The translations under genes and the position numbers were made by a program. Below are positions 9,511 to 19,827 of a stretch of 64,000 nucleotides of DNA, piece after piece. Positions within the stretch are counted from its first letter, which is position 1. The number at the start of each line of letters is the position of its first letter. This DNA is from Bacteroidaceae bacterium. GTDB lineage: Bacteria > Bacteroidota > Bacteroidia > Bacteroidales > Bacteroidaceae. The stretch lies in NCBI GenBank assembly GCA_021443415.1, contig JABUTZ010000002.1:31534-95533 (forward strand), written 5' to 3'. The notes beneath the pieces are model-generated. The model saw only the letters and a list, made by a program, of their open reading frames with translations, searched no databases and was not told the DNA's origin.

Positions 9511-9984
9511 TTAGTATTTAACCTTAAAGGCTCTGTCTATCTCTCGCCTATCGTCACGGTCCTTCATCGAGGCACGCTTGTCGTACTCCTTCTTGCCACG
9601 GCAGAGGTGGATGTCCAGCTTAGCCCTACCATTCTCGTCTATGTACAGGCGAGTGGGCACAAGCGTGAATCCGGGCGACTTCAGGTCATCTGCCAAATGG
9701 CGGATTTCCTTGCGGTTGAGCAGCAACTTGCGGTCGCGGCGCACGTTGTGGTTGTTATAGGAACCGAACTCATACGGTGCGATATGCATGTTCTTCACCC
9801 ACACCTCGCCGTTGATTACAAGGCAGTAGGTATCCACCAAACTCGCCTTGCCGGCACGTATGCTCTTTATCTCCGTACCGGTGAGCACAATGCCAGCCGT
9901 GAAGCGGTCGATGAAGATGTACTCAAACGATGCCCGCTTGTTGCGAATGTTTATGTTTGATGTGTTATTTTTCGACATCGGCAA
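9511..9984 (-). CDS. smpB: SsrA-binding protein
   Basis: 157 aa. [29 protein letters not shown]... is a canonical SmpB sequence. Confidence 0.95.
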   Translation of the reverse strand: MPMSKNNTSNINIRNKRASFEYIFIDRFTAGIVLTGTEIKSIRAGKASLVDTYCLVINGEVWVKNMHIAPYEFGSYNNHNVRRDRKLLLNRKEIRHLADDLKSPGFTLVPTRLYIDENGRAKLDIHLCRGKKEYDKRASMKDRDDRREIDRAFKVKY

Positions 9985-10465
9985 ATCTATCTATATGATT
10001 GTCAATATATACGGCGACCGCCTCGGTCACCTCCTCCTCCATCTCGATGAAGGCGTCGTCGAGGTCGTCGAACTCAGGGAACTGCTCGAAGAGAGCCATG
10101 AACTCCTCGACCGTACATTCTGCCGTGAGGCGCGCCTTGTGCTGTTCGTAGAGTCGCTTGCCGTCATAGACGAGGTTGGTCAACTGCCTGGCACCCCACA
10201 GGCGCATCGCCTTGGCGAACGGGTTGTCGAAGATGAAAGGGCCGTAGCCATTGTGTATCAGTTGGATGAACCCCCCGTTCATCACCTCGTCGCGGAAGAT
10301 GACGTATGCCAACAGCGTGATTTGGTCGCCGTTGAGCGTAGCCATGTTCTCCGCCGTCAGTTCTCCGCCGATGGATGCATTGATGGCGTCGGCGAACAGC
10401 TGCACGAACTCGTCCATGCCCTTTTCCGCCGCACTGATGATGTCCTGTTCCTTTATCTTTGTCAT
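9965..10465 (-). CDS. DUF4375 / DMP19-like protein
   Basis: 166 aa. [41 protein letters not shown] matches my recollection of the DMP19/DUF4375 family. It overlaps smpB by 20 nt. Confidence 0.65.
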   Translation of the reverse strand: MTKIKEQDIISAAEKGMDEFVQLFADAINASIGGELTAENMATLNGDQITLLAYVIFRDEVMNGGFIQLIHNGYGPFIFDNPFAKAMRLWGARQLTNLVYDGKRLYEQHKARLTAECTVEEFMALFEQFPEFDDLDDAFIEMEEEVTEAVAVYIDNHIDRFADVEK

Positions 10466-12006
10466 TTAGAGAATCTCTTTATCAGGTTATAGGCTCCGTA
10501 GAGACCGAGTTCACCGGCATGGCTGAGGTCGGCGAGTCCGGTTTTCTTTTCTCCCTTCATGATATACGCCACACCGCGGTTGTAGTACGCCTCCGACATG
10601 GTCACGTCAGCCTTGACGGCTTCCGAGAAAGCGGCGATGGCATCGTCGTGGTTGTTCTCTGCGAGAAGTACACAACCTCGGTTAAAGCTTTGGAAAGCAA
10701 GTCGTTGCTCGGGCGACGCATCACGCAGTATCTCTTCCGTGATGGCTGGTAGCGGCTTGAGTTCCACATAGCGGTTCTGCACCTTGCCGCGCCACTGGCT
10801 CGCATATTCCTTCTCGGGCTCGTTGTCGTCAGCCTCCACAAGTTTGTCGTAGTCGTTGATGTTCTTGTTGCTCTGCTTGCGGGTTGCCACACGTGCCTTG
10901 CGTGCTCCCGAGCGCACCTCGATCTGCTCCTTCATCACCTTGAACTCGTCGCGTTCGGCTCCCGCCACATCGCCCGTCTTACGCTTGAGCGAGGCACGCA
11001 GCATGTAGCCCTCCCAGAAATAGGGATTGCGCTGGAGTATGCTGTTGATGTCCTTGAGTGCGGAGCGGTAGTCGCCCGTGTTGTCATATAGGATGGTTCG
11101 GTTGTAAAGAGCCAAGTCGTTCTCCGCGTCGACAGAGAGGACGTAGTCGAAGTCCTCGATGGCGCGGTTGTCGTCGCCCACCTGCATGCGCAGCAGGCCG
11201 CGGTTGAAGTGACCGAGATAGTTCTTGGGGTCAATCTCAAGTGCGATATCATAGTCGCTCATCGCCCCGCGCAGGTTCTGCTGGTGGTAGCGGGCAAGGG
11301 CGCGGTTGATGTAGTTGCCGCTGATGCGCGGTTCGGCGATGATTGCCGTGTCGAGCTGTTGCTCCGCCTGGCTCCACTCTCCCCTGTTCAGGCTGATGTA
11401 TGAAAGGAACGTCCACGCACGTCCTTCGTAGCGGTTCACCTCAAGGGCGCGCTTCAAGTAGGTCTCCGCCGTAGCCGTATCGGTCTGTTCGACAGCCACC
11501 TGAGCCCTGACACATAGGAAGTTGGCATCCTTAGGCCAGGTGCGCATCATGCTGTCGAGGGCCGACACAGCCCTGTCCCACTGCTTCATCTCGACGCGGC
11601 AGAGCACGAGGTTGTGCCACGCCGACTTGTCTAACGGAGCCATAGAGATGACCTGTTCATAGTCGCGCGCCGCATCTTCGAAGTGGGACATGTGGACACG
11701 ACACAGTCCACGCAGGACATAGCCGTTGGGGTCGTAAGGCGAACGCTCGATGCTGTGGGTGCAGTCGGCGTCCGCCCCATGGTAATCTTCAAGATAGAAC
11801 TTCGCCAGACCACGGAAGAAATAAGCCTCCGGCATGAACGGCTTGGAGGCAAGAACGCGGTTGAAACGCTGAATGGCAAGGACATAGTCCTCCGATGACA
11901 GGGCGTAGCGCCCCATCACCATCACGTTGTCGGTGTTGACCTGCGCCATGAGCGGACAGCAGACCAGCAAGAGCAACGCACCGAGCAACCGCCTCACCTT
12001 ACCCAT
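10462..12006 (-). CDS. tetratricopeptide-repeat protein with signal peptide
   Basis: 514 aa with an N-terminal hydrophobic signal and many TPR-like A/Y/F-patterned 34-mers. It has an ATGA overlap with the downstream gene. Confidence 0.8.
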   Translation of the reverse strand: MGKVRRLLGALLLLVCCPLMAQVNTDNVMVMGRYALSSEDYVLAIQRFNRVLASKPFMPEAYFFRGLAKFYLEDYHGADADCTHSIERSPYDPNGYVLRGLCRVHMSHFEDAARDYEQVISMAPLDKSAWHNLVLCRVEMKQWDRAVSALDSMMRTWPKDANFLCVRAQVAVEQTDTATAETYLKRALEVNRYEGRAWTFLSYISLNRGEWSQAEQQLDTAIIAEPRISGNYINRALARYHQQNLRGAMSDYDIALEIDPKNYLGHFNRGLLRMQVGDDNRAIEDFDYVLSVDAENDLALYNRTILYDNTGDYRSALKDINSILQRNPYFWEGYMLRASLKRKTGDVAGAERDEFKVMKEQIEVRSGARKARVATRKQSNKNINDYDKLVEADDNEPEKEYASQWRGKVQNRYVELKPLPAITEEILRDASPEQRLAFQSFNRGCVLLAENNHDDAIAAFSEAVKADVTMSEAYYNRGVAYIMKGEKKTGLADLSHAGELGLYGAYNLIKRFSK

Positions 12007-12007
12007 G

Positions 12008-12574
12008 TCACCTGGTCGGCTTACGCACCTTGCACTTGTAAGAGCAGTCGAAATCGCCCTTGATCAGCGACTGCAACTTTTTCTTTATCAATGTCTTTCG
12101 GAAAGCCGACAGATGGTCGATATAGAGTTTGCCCTCAAGGTGGTCGAACTCATGCTGCATCACGACAGCCAAGTAACCGTCTATCCACTCGTCGTGCGCC
12201 TCGAACTTCTCGTCAAGCCACTGCACACGGATGCGCTTCGGGCGGCGCACAGGCTCGCTCAGCCCAGGCAACGACAGACATCCCTCGTCGCTCGTCTCCG
12301 TCTCCTTGTCGTCGTACTCCACGATATGGGCATTGATGTAGGTCGGACGGAAGTCCTTGTAGGCGGGATAGTCGTCGCTGATGAGGTCGAGGTCCATGAT
12401 CACGACACGGATGGACAGACCGATCTGCGGAGCCGCCAGACCGATGCCACCACTATGGGCAAGCGTCTCGCGCATGTCGGCGATCAACTTGTCCAACTCG
12501 GGATAGTCCTTCGTTATGTCGGCAGCCACCTCGCGAAGCACCGGCTGTCCGTAGATATAAATGGGATAAATCAT
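12008..12574 (-). CDS. def: peptide deformylase
   Basis: All three Def motifs are present: GIGLAAPQIG, EGCLSLPG and QHEFDHLEG. Confidence 0.95.
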   Translation of the reverse strand: MIYPIYIYGQPVLREVAADITKDYPELDKLIADMRETLAHSGGIGLAAPQIGLSIRVVIMDLDLISDDYPAYKDFRPTYINAHIVEYDDKETETSDEGCLSLPGLSEPVRRPKRIRVQWLDEKFEAHDEWIDGYLAVVMQHEFDHLEGKLYIDHLSAFRKTLIKKKLQSLIKGDFDCSYKCKVRKPTR

Positions 12575-12596
12575 ATTTGTTTGGTTTGCTTGTGTT

Positions 12597-13016
12597 TCAA
12601 AATCCTTTGCGTGCCTCCATCCAGCCTTGCAGGATGATGGTCGCCGCTATGCGGTCCACGAGAGGCTTGTTCTGCCGAGCCTTGCGGTGGAGACCCGCGT
12701 CGAGCATCGTCCGGTGTGCCATGCGGCTGGTGAAGCGCTCGTCATACAACTCGACCTCGATGTCGGGAAACAGATGTCGCAGGCGGTTGACGAATGGTTC
12801 GATGCGAACCATGTTCTCGCTCTCCTCGCCGTTCATCTGTCTCGGATGTCCCACCACGATGCGCTCGACAGGTTCGCGCGCCACGTAGTCGACGAGATAC
12901 TGCTCCAGGCACTTTGTCTCCACCGTGTCCAATGCGCCGGCGATAATCTGCAGGGGGTCGGTCACCGCCAGTCCCGTGCGCTTCTTTCCGTAATCGATTG
13001 CGAGAACGCGCTTCAT
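12597..13016 (-). CDS. ruvX: Holliday junction resolvase-like RuvX (YqgF)
   Basis: 139 aa. The MKRVLAIDYGKKRTGLAVTD N-terminus is typical of YqgF. Confidence 0.9.
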   Translation of the reverse strand: MKRVLAIDYGKKRTGLAVTDPLQIIAGALDTVETKCLEQYLVDYVAREPVERIVVGHPRQMNGEESENMVRIEPFVNRLRHLFPDIEVELYDERFTSRMAHRTMLDAGLHRKARQNKPLVDRIAATIILQGWMEARKGF

Positions 13017-13037
13017 ACACTTTTGTTGTGAAAAATA

Positions 13038-13067
13038 ACAGGAACTTGCTTCACAGCGAGTTCCTGT
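13038..13067 (-). terminator. hairpin followed by a T-run after the SPOR lipoprotein gene
   Basis: ACAGGAACT / AGTTCCTGT 9-bp stem with inner pairs. On the minus strand it is followed by TATTTTTCAC. It lies between 13127 (stop) and the ruvX start, so it may only attenuate. Confidence 0.45.
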
Positions 13068-13126
13068 CCAGATTGCAATTTAATCTACTCACTTTACCAA
13101 AGTGTCTTTATGTATCTCACGATAGA

Positions 13127-13699
13127 TTACTTGTTGTAGAGTATCCATGCGTCGGGATAGTCGGCACGGAGCACGTCACGGCTCTGGACAGCCGAAGGCT
13201 TGTCGCCATGAGTCGTCGCCAGCACACGATACATGTTGGGAACGATAGAGGTGTTGATGACCACCTGGGCCGAGTATCCCTTGCCCTGGAGAGTCCTCTG
13301 GAGAGCCTCTGCGTTAGTCTTGACCGAGAAGCTGCCGCATACGACGCTGTAGGCCTGAACGCCCGAGCCATTGACAAGAGTGACAGACTCCGAACGTACG
13401 GGCACTGTCTGCGGATCGGTGGGAGTCACTACGGGAGTGACGGGAGTGACCTGGGTGACGGTGGTGGGAGTAATCTCCGTTACGGTGGGAGCGGCCGCGG
13501 TCTCGGCATTGCCGCCGGCAACAGCTACTGCGGGAGCAACTACGGGAGTGACATCACCGGCCTGCTGCTCAGCCTGCTGATTCTGCTGCGCACGCTCGTA
13601 AGCCGCCTTGTAGGCACTCTCCTTACTCTTACATCCGGTGAAAAGAACGGCGGCGCAAAGCACGCCAGTCAAGAAAAGATACTTCTTCATATTATTCAT
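13127..13699 (-). CDS. SPOR-domain lipoprotein
   Basis: 190 aa with lipobox LFTGC, a low-complexity T/P/V/A linker, and a C-terminal SPOR-like fold (YSVVCGSFSVKTNAEALQRTLQGKGY...YRVLATTH). Confidence 0.8.
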   Translation of the reverse strand: MNNMKKYLFLTGVLCAAVLFTGCKSKESAYKAAYERAQQNQQAEQQAGDVTPVVAPAVAVAGGNAETAAAPTVTEITPTTVTQVTPVTPVVTPTDPQTVPVRSESVTLVNGSGVQAYSVVCGSFSVKTNAEALQRTLQGKGYSAQVVINTSIVPNMYRVLATTHGDKPSAVQSRDVLRADYPDAWILYNK

Positions 13700-13715
13700 T
13701 TATAAAATTACTATG

Positions 13716-13723
13716 CAAAGTTA
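13716..13723 (-). promoter_or_regulatory. -7 promoter box TAACTTTG, heading the SPOR-to-COG0523 minus-strand gene string
   Basis: Exact TAnnTTTG match on the minus strand, 17 nt upstream of the ATG at 13699. Confidence 0.5.
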
Positions 13724-13839
13724 AGAAAAAAACGCGTTTTACATGTATAAAACAGCAACTTTTTCACAAAAGATAAGAGAAAAAGCGCATTTTTGCAATT
13801 ATTAAGGGAAAAATATGAGGGAGAGAAGAAAAAAATGTA

Positions 13840-13847
13840 TATCTTTG
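13840..13847 (+). promoter_or_regulatory. -7 promoter box TATCTTTG for the YtxH operon
   Basis: Exact TAnnTTTG match, 33 nt upstream of the ATG at 13880. Confidence 0.5.
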
Positions 13848-13879
13848 CATAAAATAGTTTAACCCAAAAACATACAACT

Positions 13880-14122
13880 ATGAAAGCAGCAAACTATCTC
13901 GTAGCACTTCTCGGCGGCGCGGCTATCGGCGCAGCCCTCGGTCTTCTGTACGCCCCACAGAAGGGTTCGACAACTCGTTTCATGCTCAAGCGCAAGGGTC
14001 TGGAGACACGCGACAAGGTGCGCGAGGCGCTCCAGCGTCACGGCATCCATCTTAGCAAGGACGAGATCGACGAGATCGTCGACGACATCAAGGAAGACGT
14101 TCAGCTGGACACTGAGGCATAA
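13880..14122 (+). CDS. YtxH-domain protein
   Basis: 80 aa. The N-terminal LVALLGGAAIGAALGLLYAPQKGSTTR is the YtxH signature. Confidence 0.8.
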   Translation: MKAANYLVALLGGAAIGAALGLLYAPQKGSTTRFMLKRKGLETRDKVREALQRHGIHLSKDEIDEIVDDIKEDVQLDTEA

Positions 14123-14134
14123 CGACTGACAGCG

Positions 14135-14488
14135 ATGGCGACGGAGTTGAGCAAACTGCTGGCCGAGGTCAAGGACTATGTCGGTCTTGAGAAGAGGTAT
14201 GCCCTCATCTCGGTGGCCGAGAAAGGGACTGTCATCCTCTCCATGCTGATTATTGTCTGCGTGCTCTTTGTGCTGGCTTCCATTGCGGTAGCCTTCCTGC
14301 TGATGGGGCTCGCCAACTACATCGGCGAGCTTACCGGCAGCGTGGCGATGGGCTATGCGGCGGTCGCCCTCATCATCGTCGTCCTGACCGCCATCTTCTA
14401 TGCCATGCGTACGCAGTTGGTTGTCAACCCCATAGCGCGAATGATGCACCATCTCTTTGTCAAAACCATCAACGACGCAAAACAATGA
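14135..14488 (+). CDS. small two-TM membrane protein (Holin-X / phage_holin_3_6-like)
   Basis: 117 aa with two long hydrophobic helices after an amphipathic N-terminus. It sits directly after the YtxH gene. Confidence 0.55.
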   Translation: MATELSKLLAEVKDYVGLEKRYALISVAEKGTVILSMLIIVCVLFVLASIAVAFLLMGLANYIGELTGSVAMGYAAVALIIVVLTAIFYAMRTQLVVNPIARMMHHLFVKTINDAKQ

Positions 14489-14727
14489 TAGTCGAGCAAT
14501 ATGCCCCCAAGGAGCCAACGAACGAGTTGCATGCACTGACCCTCCTGCGCATGCAGGCACGGGAAGAAGCCGACAAGGCGTTGCGCAAGTTGCAGAACGA
14601 TGCGCGCACCCTGGTTTCCCCCCAGGCATCACGCTTTGGAGTCGTGGGTGCGCTCATAGGCAATGTCCCGGTTATCCTCGCGGGCATTTCGATGGGCAAG
14701 AAGATTATCAAGGCACTCAAGGAGTAG
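14485..14727 (+). CDS. small hypothetical protein with a C-terminal hydrophobic helix
   Basis: 80 aa with an ATGA overlap to the preceding gene. It has a C-terminal GVVGALIGNVPVILAGISMG segment. Confidence 0.45.
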   Translation: MIVEQYAPKEPTNELHALTLLRMQAREEADKALRKLQNDARTLVSPQASRFGVVGALIGNVPVILAGISMGKKIIKALKE

Positions 14728-14794
14728 GCTCCGAGGCCATCGGTTCGGCATCATAGCCGGCGGACGCTCGTTTGCAAATTCGCTTAGACACAAT

Positions 14795-14827
14795 AATGGC
14801 GGACACCCTTCGGGGATGTCCGCCATT
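14795..14827. terminator. bidirectional hairpin terminator between the YtxH operon and glgP
   Basis: ATGGCGGACA(CCC-TTCG-GGG)ATGTCCGCCAT stem with a UUCG loop. It is followed by GTCATTTTCCTTT on the plus strand. Confidence 0.7.
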
Positions 14828-14852
14828 GTCATTTTCCTTTGTCAGCCTGTCA

Positions 14853-17420
14853 TCAGAAGTTGAACCACTTGACGTAGCAGAAGTCCTGACGGTGAGGCAG
14901 GTTGGCGTTCTTCGGGAACATGCGGTATGCCACGCGGAAGCTACCTGCGTTGTCGATGCTCTGGGTCAGCTCGAAGGTGTAGAGGTTGCCCTCCTGGCGA
15001 GTGACTGCCAGAGGCTCGACGCTGTAAATGTGATCCTTGCCGTCCTTGTCGGTGGTGATGGTCACAAGCTCCAGGCCGATGGCGTCCTGCAGACCCTGCT
15101 CGTCAACCACGAGCTTGATGTTGTACTTCTGGCCAGCCTCGGTAACTCCCTGATTGAGAGCCTCGCTGCGCTCGCAAGAGACGATGTTGATGTTCTCCCA
15201 GCGCTCAGCCACGGTCTCCTTCCACTGCGCAATCTGACGAGCGAGCATATTGTCGTTCTCGGACAGCTTGTGGTAGCGCTCGGCGAGGCGGTTGTAGAAC
15301 TTGTTGTAGTAGTCGTCCAGCTGACGCTTCATCGTGTAGTGGGGAGCAATCTGGGCGATGGAGTTCTTGATGACCTTGATCCATGACTCGCTGTAACCCT
15401 TGGCATTGCGGGCATAGTACTTAGGCATGATCTCGTTCTCGAGCAGGCTGTAGATGGTAGCGGCATCGAGCTGGTCCTGATGGGTCTGGTTCTGGTAGGT
15501 GCGCTTCTCGGTGAGAGCCCAGCCGGCACCCTCGCGATAGCCCTCGAGCCACCAGCCGTCGAGCACGGACAGGTTGACGACACCGTTCATGAGAGCCTTC
15601 TCGCCCGATGTACCCGAAGCCTCAAGGGGACGGGTCGGGGTGTTCATCCAGATGTCGACACCAGAGATCAGGCGGCGAGCCAACTGCATGTCGTAGTTCT
15701 CAAGGAAGATAATCTTGCCGAGGAACTCGGGACGCTGCGAAATCTCGTAAATCTTCTTGATGAGTCCCTGACCGGCACCGTCGGCGGGGTGGGCCTTACC
15801 AGTGTAGAGGAACTGAACGGGATAGTTGGGGTTGTTGACAATCTTCTCAAGACGCTCCAGGTCGGTGAAGAGCAGATGGGCGCGCTTGTAGGTGGCGAAG
15901 CGGCGGCCGAAACCGATGAGCAGGGCGTTGGGGTTGATCTTCTCCATGAGGCTGACCACACGCGAGGGATCACCCTGATTCTTCAGCCATGACTCGCGGA
16001 ACTGCTCGCGGATATAGTCGACCAGCTTGGCCTTCAGGGCCATGCGTGTTGCCCATACCTCCTCGTCAGACACATTGTAGATACCCTCCCAGATCTTCTG
16101 GTTGCTCTGGTCGCTCATGTGGTTGGCGTCGAAGTGCTTGGCATAGAGCTTGCGCCACTCGTTGGCTGACCATGTGGGGAAGTGGACACCATTGGTGACA
16201 TAGCCCACGTGGCTCTCCTCGGGGAAGTAGCCCTTCCAGATGCCTGCGAACATCTCCTGGCTCACCTTGCCGTGAAGCCAGCTTACGCCATTGACCTCCT
16301 GGCAGGTGTTGCAGGCGAAGGTTGACATGCAGAAACGCTCGCTCTTGTCCTCGGGGTTCTGGCGGCCCATGCCGATGAACTCGTCCCAGGTGATGCCCAG
16401 CATCTGGGCATAGCCACCCATGTACTTGCCGAAGAGGCCCTCGTCGAAGTAGTCGTGACCGGCAGGCACGGGAGTGTGGACGGTGTAGAGACCGCTTGCA
16501 CGCACGAGCTCGAGAGCCTGGTTGAAGGTGAGACCGCTCTGCACGTAGTCAACGAGACGCTGCACGTTGCAGAGGGCGGCGTGTCCCTCGTTGCAGTGAT
16601 AGACATCCTTCTTGATGCCCAACTTCTTGAGCAACAGCATACCACCGATACCGAGCAGGATCTCCTGCTTGAGGCGGTTCTCCCAGTCGCCGCCATAGAG
16701 GGCGTGGGTGATGGGACGATCGAACTGCGAGTTCATGTCGTTGTCAGTGTCAAGCAGATAGAGCTTGACGCGGCCGACATTCACGCGCCACACGTACGCG
16801 TGTACCATATAGTCCATATAGGGAACGTCAACGACCATGGGTGTGCCGTCCTCGTTCAACTGCTGCTCGATGGGGAGCGAACCGAAGTTCTGCGCCTCGT
16901 AGTTGGCTATCTGCTGACCGTCCATCGACAGCGTCTGCGTGAAGTAGCCGAAACGATAGAGGAAACCGACGGCGCACATGTCCACGTTCGAGTCCGAAGC
17001 CTCCTTGATGTAGTCACCGGCAAGGATACCCAGACCACCCGAGTAGATCTTAAGAACCTGGTTCAGACCATACTCCATGCAGAAGTATGCCACCGAGGCG
17101 CGCTTCTTGTCGGGCTCGACGTCCATGTAGGCACGGAACTCGGCATAGACATCGTTCATCTTCTTGAGAACGGTCTTGTCCTTGGTCAGTTTCTCCATCT
17201 TCTCGTAGCTGATCTGCTCGAGCATCAGGACGGGATTCTGCTTGCACTCCTCATAGAGACGCTCGTCGAACGAGCGGAACAGCGAACGGGCGCTGTGGTT
17301 CCATGCCCACCACATGTTGTGGGCGAGCTCCTCCAACTTGGCGAACTCGGCAGGAATGCGGCTCTTCACGGAAACTTGTTTCCATGTGGCCTCATTTGCA
17401 TTGCATGCTTTGATTTTCAT
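14853..17420 (-). CDS. glgP: alpha-glucan phosphorylase (GT35)
   Basis: 855 aa with YFCMEYGL...[18 protein letters not shown] and [14 protein letters not shown] (PLP lysine region). Confidence 0.93.
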   Translation of the reverse strand: MKIKACNANEATWKQVSVKSRIPAEFAKLEELAHNMWWAWNHSARSLFRSFDERLYEECKQNPVLMLEQISYEKMEKLTKDKTVLKKMNDVYAEFRAYMDVEPDKKRASVAYFCMEYGLNQVLKIYSGGLGILAGDYIKEASDSNVDMCAVGFLYRFGYFTQTLSMDGQQIANYEAQNFGSLPIEQQLNEDGTPMVVDVPYMDYMVHAYVWRVNVGRVKLYLLDTDNDMNSQFDRPITHALYGGDWENRLKQEILLGIGGMLLLKKLGIKKDVYHCNEGHAALCNVQRLVDYVQSGLTFNQALELVRASGLYTVHTPVPAGHDYFDEGLFGKYMGGYAQMLGITWDEFIGMGRQNPEDKSERFCMSTFACNTCQEVNGVSWLHGKVSQEMFAGIWKGYFPEESHVGYVTNGVHFPTWSANEWRKLYAKHFDANHMSDQSNQKIWEGIYNVSDEEVWATRMALKAKLVDYIREQFRESWLKNQGDPSRVVSLMEKINPNALLIGFGRRFATYKRAHLLFTDLERLEKIVNNPNYPVQFLYTGKAHPADGAGQGLIKKIYEISQRPEFLGKIIFLENYDMQLARRLISGVDIWMNTPTRPLEASGTSGEKALMNGVVNLSVLDGWWLEGYREGAGWALTEKRTYQNQTHQDQLDAATIYSLLENEIMPKYYARNAKGYSESWIKVIKNSIAQIAPHYTMKRQLDDYYNKFYNRLAERYHKLSENDNMLARQIAQWKETVAERWENINIVSCERSEALNQGVTEAGQKYNIKLVVDEQGLQDAIGLELVTITTDKDGKDHIYSVEPLAVTRQEGNLYTFELTQSIDNAGSFRVAYRMFPKNANLPHRQDFCYVKWFNF

Positions 17421-17442
17421 ACGATTTATTTCGATTTGTTTT

Positions 17443-19107
17443 TTATTTGTTCAGTCTGAGGTCGCGACGACGCAGGGCGAAGTCGTATGCCTCATAGTAT
17501 GCTGTAATGAATTTGCTCCACAGAGCCTTCTGCGAGAGGGCACGGGCCGCCTTGCGGCAGGCATCCACCTCCTTGTCGTCCATCCTAGCGAACTGCTCGA
17601 TGGCATCCTTGATGCTGTCCGCTACCTCGCTGTAGTTGTAGTCGTTGCGGGGGATGACCAAGGCGCCGTCGCCGAGGGTGCTCTGCGCTCCCTTCACCTC
17701 ATTGGCCCAGCAGCCGAAGCCGGACAGGCTGGTCGTGATACAGGGCACATGGAAGGCGATGCTCTCAAGCGGGGTGTAGCCCCACGGCTCGTAGTAAGAG
17801 GGATAGACACTCAGGTCATTGCCCGACAAGAGGTCGTAGTACGGCATGTTGAAGATGCCGTCGTTGGCGTCGAGATAGCAAGGCACGAAGAGCACCTTGA
17901 CCTTGTCCTCGGGTCGGTTGAACATGTTGAAGTGCTTCAGCATGTCGAGGCAATGGTCGTTGGTCATGTCGTGGAGCCAGTGCGTCACGATGGGGTGCTC
18001 GAGCGGCGTGTCGAAAGTGAGGCCGGAAGCCAGGCGCTCCTGGAGGTCGGCACGCGGACAAGCCACCCAACCCGGCACATCGACCACAGCCAGCACCTCG
18101 CGGTCGAGACTGACATTGCGCAGCGAGCGGTTGAGCGCCTCGAGGAAGACGTCTATTCCCTTGTTCTTGAACTCATAGCGTCCGCTGGTGGCTACGATGA
18201 GCGCATCGTCGCTGATGCGCACACCCATCAAGGCGTTCGCCACCCTCTTCACGCGCTCGCGGGCCTCGCGGCGTATCTTGGCGAGAGCCTGTGCCTTGGG
18301 CACGAACGAGTCCTCGAATCCATTGGGCAGGATGACATCGGCAGGTTTGTCAAGGAGCTCGGCGCACTCGCGTCCCGTCACCTCGCTCACCGTCGTGAAG
18401 CAATCGACATTGTGGGCCGTCTGACGCTCGATGCTGTGCTTGCTCTGCACGTTCAACTCCTCGGCCATCTGGTTGCCATTGTAGGCAAAGAGGTAGTCGT
18501 AGAGCGGCTTGTTGTTGCCTGCTATGCTGCGACCGATGGTGGTGGCATGGGTGGTGAATATCGTGGCTATCTCGGGTACATGCTTGTGGATGTAGAGCGC
18601 ACCGAGACAGGTCATCCACTCATGGGCCTGATAGATGACATTGTGGCAGTCGGCGGCAAGCTGATGGCGGTAGAGGCTCTCGGTGACGAGACCTGCGGCA
18701 AAGCTGAACATCGACGCCTCGTCGTAGTCACCGTATGCGTGGAGCGAATCAACACCGAAATCATTCCACAGGCAACCGTAGATCTCGTTCTTTCGGGCGT
18801 AATAAGGAGTGAAGTCAACGAGGATGGCAATCGGTTCGCCGGGGATTGCCCAGCGACCCACACGCACACGAAGTCCTTCCGCCAAAGCAGCCTGACTCCA
18901 TGAAGACAACAAAAGCCCGTCCTCCTTGAAGAGCGGGTTCTCCTTGTAGCCCCAGACATCGGGGCCTATGAAAACGATATGGTCGGGCATTGCCACCTGA
19001 AGCGTCTTCGCCCGCGTTGACAACACCGTGTAAATACCACCAATCTTATTGCAAACCTCCCAACTTGACTCAATTATAAAATCAGGTCGTATCTGATTGT
19101 TTATCAT
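17443..19107 (-). CDS. glycogen synthase, GT3 (eukaryote-like) type
   Basis: The [23 protein letters not shown]-terminus is typical of GT3. The start was trimmed to the ATG at 19107 because a -7 box occupies 19152..19159. Confidence 0.88.
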   Translation of the reverse strand: MINNQIRPDFIIESSWEVCNKIGGIYTVLSTRAKTLQVAMPDHIVFIGPDVWGYKENPLFKEDGLLLSSWSQAALAEGLRVRVGRWAIPGEPIAILVDFTPYYARKNEIYGCLWNDFGVDSLHAYGDYDEASMFSFAAGLVTESLYRHQLAADCHNVIYQAHEWMTCLGALYIHKHVPEIATIFTTHATTIGRSIAGNNKPLYDYLFAYNGNQMAEELNVQSKHSIERQTAHNVDCFTTVSEVTGRECAELLDKPADVILPNGFEDSFVPKAQALAKIRREARERVKRVANALMGVRISDDALIVATSGRYEFKNKGIDVFLEALNRSLRNVSLDREVLAVVDVPGWVACPRADLQERLASGLTFDTPLEHPIVTHWLHDMTNDHCLDMLKHFNMFNRPEDKVKVLFVPCYLDANDGIFNMPYYDLLSGNDLSVYPSYYEPWGYTPLESIAFHVPCITTSLSGFGCWANEVKGAQSTLGDGALVIPRNDYNYSEVADSIKDAIEQFARMDDKEVDACRKAARALSQKALWSKFITAYYEAYDFALRRRDLRLNK

Positions 19108-19151
19108 CGGATTAGAGATTTTCTTTTTCTTCTGTCTATTGTTTTTCGGCA

Positions 19152-19159
19152 CAAAGTTA
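19152..19159 (-). promoter_or_regulatory. -7 promoter box TAACTTTG for the glycogen synthase-glgP operon
   Basis: Exact TAnnTTTG match on the minus strand, 45 nt upstream of the ATG at 19107. Confidence 0.5.
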
Positions 19160-19226
19160 CGCTTTTTTGGGCAAATGGCAAAATATTACGTCAACAAATT
19201 GATTTATATCAAGTAAAACGCCTATC

Positions 19227-19802
19227 CTATTGTGCAGCGAGGAGTTCGGCAACGACGCGAGGGAAATGAGTGTGTTCCAAGACGTGCACACGGGCGGCGA
19301 GCGTGTCGGGAGTGTCGTCGGGTTCCACGGCACAACGAGCCTGGAAGACTATCTCGCCACCATCCACCACGCTGGAAATCTGATGGATAGTGATACCGCT
19401 CTCCTTCTCGCCTGCATCAAGGACGGCGCGATGGACATTGGAGCCATACATCCCTACCCCCCCGAATTTGGGCAGGAGCGACGGATGGATATTGATCATG
19501 CGACCTTCGTAGGCTCGGATGAGCGGGTCGGGAATGATGGCGAGGAAACCGGCCAGTACGACGAGGTCAATGTGATGCTCGGCGAAGAGTTGCAGTACAT
19601 TGGCGGCTCCATTGTCCACCCACTCAGCCTTTGGGAAATAGTGAGACTCCACTCCGAACGGACGCATGCGCTCGAACACGCCTGCCGCCTTGCGGTTGCA
19701 GATGAGTAGCGAAACCTCGACGTCGGGATTATTCTCAAAATAGCGTGCAATGGCCTCGGCGTTAGTTCCTTCGCCCGAGGCAAGTATGGCAATGCGTTTC
19801 AT
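19227..19802 (-). CDS. purN: phosphoribosylglycinamide formyltransferase
   Basis: 191 aa with MKRIAILASGEGTNAEAI and INIHPSLLPKFGG motifs. Confidence 0.93.
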   Translation of the reverse strand: MKRIAILASGEGTNAEAIARYFENNPDVEVSLLICNRKAAGVFERMRPFGVESHYFPKAEWVDNGAANVLQLFAEHHIDLVVLAGFLAIIPDPLIRAYEGRMINIHPSLLPKFGGVGMYGSNVHRAVLDAGEKESGITIHQISSVVDGGEIVFQARCAVEPDDTPDTLAARVHVLEHTHFPRVVAELLAAQ

Positions 19803-19827
19803 GGTGATATGATTGATTTACATGGTT

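Noticed and set aside
17314-18903. A 529-aa plus-strand ORF.
   Set aside because: It is antisense to the GT3 glycogen synthase and the glgP start, and has no motifs.
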